64,000 nucleotides of DNA, from NCBI GenBank assembly GCA_040222015.1, contig JAVJWO010000171.1, positions 1 to 64,000 on the forward strand. The letters run 5' to 3'. Shown piece after piece: positions 62,547 to 64,000 of this stretch. Source of the stretch: Coleofasciculus chthonoplastes F2-STO-03. Lineage in GTDB: Bacteria; Cyanobacteriota; Cyanobacteriia; Cyanobacteriales; Coleofasciculaceae. Under the pieces are notes generated by a model. The model was not told the DNA's origin and did no database searches. It saw nothing but the letters and a program-made list of their open reading frames with translations. Every line of letters begins with the position of its first letter. Positions within the stretch are counted from its first letter, which is position 1. Made by a program: the position numbers and the translations under genes.

Positions 62547-63806
62547 ATGCGAGTTTTACAAATTGTTCCTTCTATTTCGCTGGTTTATGGGGGTCCGAGT
62601 CAAATGGTACTGGGACTTTCTAAGGCGCTAGCGAATCAGGGAGTAGATGTTACGATATTGACGACTGATAGTAATGGGGATTTTGGTCAACCGCCACTGG
62701 ATGTTCCTTTGGATAAACCTGTTTTCCAAGAGGGTTATCAGGTAAGATATTTCCGGTGTTCTCCATTCCGGCGTTATAAGTTTTCTCTCGATTTATTACG
62801 TTGGTTGTGGCAACATGCAGGGGAGTTTGATCTGGCGCATATTCACGCCCTGTTTTCGCCTGTGAGTACGGCGGCGGCAACAGTCGCCCGAAAACGGAAT
62901 TTACTGTATCTTTTGCGTCCATTGGGTACGCTTGATCCGGCGGATTTACAGAAGAAGCGACGCTTAAAACAAGTTTATGTGGGATTGTGGGAAGGCGCTA
63001 ATTTAGCTGGGGCGGCGGGTATTCATTTTACCAGTGAACAAGAGGCGAAGATTTCTCAACGGTTTGGTACAGATGCGCCAGATATTGTGATTCCTTTGGG
63101 GGTTACGCCTCCGGAGGATGTAGAGACGCGCCATGGCGCGTCTCTACGTCAGGGCGGGTTTTGTACAAACGATATCATCAATGGTGAAACAAAAGTTCCT
63201 AAACCCGCCCCTACAGATGTTCCAGGAAACGTTTCTACCCAATTGCCAATCCTATTATTTATGTCTCGAATTGATCCAAAGAAGGGATTGGATTTATTGA
63301 TTCCAGCTTTAGAAACGCTTTTAGCTGAGGGGTTAGGGTTTCAGTTTATCTTAGCGGGCGCTAATCCTCAAGATCCAGAGTATGAACGTAAAATTCAACG
63401 ACAGATTCAGGCGTCGCCGCTATCGTCTCAGACGACAATTACGGGGTTTGTTGAGGGGGAAGTAAAAGCGGCGTTGCTACAAGGGGCGGATTTATTTGTT
63501 TTACCCTCTTATTATGAAAACTTTGGTATTGCTGTCGCCGAAGCGATGGTGGCGGGAACTCCTGTGGTAATTTCAGATCAGGTGCATATTTGCCCAGAGG
63601 TGAAGGGGGCGGAGGCGGGATGGGTTTGTGGGTGTGATGTAGCGTCGTTGACTCAAACGTTACGGGAAGCATTAAGGGATGCTGGGGAACAAAAGCGGCG
63701 TGGGGTCAATGCTAGAGACTATGCACTAACATATTATAGTTGGGATGCGATCGCGCAGACTATGATTGAGGCATATCAACAAATCCTTGATCATGGCAGA
63801 CATTGA
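62547..63806 (+). CDS. hpsP: GT4 glycosyltransferase HpsP-like, with in-frame REP insertion
   Basis: MRVLQIVPSISLVYGGPS, FMSRIDPKKG, PSYYENFGIAVAEAM. Confidence 0.75.
   Translation: MRVLQIVPSISLVYGGPSQMVLGLSKALANQGVDVTILTTDSNGDFGQPPLDVPLDKPVFQEGYQVRYFRCSPFRRYKFSLDLLRWLWQHAGEFDLAHIHALFSPVSTAAATVARKRNLLYLLRPLGTLDPADLQKKRRLKQVYVGLWEGANLAGAAGIHFTSEQEAKISQRFGTDAPDIVIPLGVTPPEDVETRHGASLRQGGFCTNDIINGETKVPKPAPTDVPGNVSTQLPILLFMSRIDPKKGLDLLIPALETLLAEGLGFQFILAGANPQDPEYERKIQRQIQASPLSSQTTITGFVEGEVKAALLQGADLFVLPSYYENFGIAVAEAMVAGTPVVISDQVHICPEVKGAEAGWVCGCDVASLTQTLREALRDAGEQKRRGVNARDYALTYYSWDAIAQTMIEAYQQILDHGRH
63120..63238. repeat. Composite REP array inside hpsP
   Basis: GTAGAGACGCGCCATGGCGCGTCTCTAC + AGGGCGGGTTT..AAACCCGCCCCTAC + AGATGTTCCAGGAAACGTTTCTAC. 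Confidence 0.9.
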
Positions 63807-63957
63807 TAACCTGCTTAACGAAATAGCCGCCCAAGAAACCCAACTTCAGGATACCGAGTTTCTTGCCCCCTGTGTTCAAGGGGGAAAGGTTCGCACATCA
63901 GTGGCTAATCTGATTTATACCTTTACCCCCCAACCGCCTGATTTTGAAAAACGGTAA
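63793..63957 (+). pseudogene. Short, probably truncated hypothetical protein
   Basis: MADIDNLL..IA.QE.QL..TEFLAPCV.GG.VRT.V..L.YTF looks like the start of a longer protein but stops after 54 aa, where AT-rich sequence begins. Confidence 0.45.
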
Positions 63958-64000
63958 CAGAATATACCAAATAATCCCTGTCTTGACGTTTTACTTTGAA

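Noticed and set aside
13010..63238. REP doublets with ~40-bp variable loops as a possible CRISPR array
   Set aside because: Arms are inverted and dispersed rather than tandem direct repeats; no cas genes; TM0106 and Uma2 genes are not beside any array

Overview
This is chromosomal DNA of a cyanobacterium: the HIP1 octamer GCGATCGC is very frequent, and psb28, chlM, an NtcA box before amt1 and hps genes are present. STRR 7-/9-mer repeats and dense GTAG-REP/MITE elements suggest a filamentous Oscillatoriales/Coleofasciculus-like strain (inference). Core genes include yidD, murQ, metF, trpS, psb28, moaB, tRNA-Glu, chlM, nagA, purE, amt1 and hpsNOP. Accessory content: (i) a giant haemagglutinin-repeat/CHAT protease gene broken at two internal deletion junctions; (ii) a CcaS/CcaR-type green/red photosensor pair with no phycobilisome target next to it; (iii) a second kinase with an insert-Cys cyanobacteriochrome whose insert is long and has two Cys; (iv) an orphan C5 methyltransferase facing a MITE-disrupted endonuclease-like remnant; (v) a DUF2442 gene whose DUF4160 partner is almost entirely deleted; (vi) a three-gene unit of dynamin-like GTPase, second GTPase and membrane-anchored protein, the best candidate for an uncharacterised system; (vii) EPS glycosyltransferases and two duplicated LEVG PEP-CTERM genes with a conserved upstream box array. 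REP/MITE elements sit in frame inside genes, supply stop codons, and bracket two GT2 genes as inverted pairs. No CRISPR array, rRNA, integrase or intact transposase was seen. All family calls are by motif recognition only; no database search was run.
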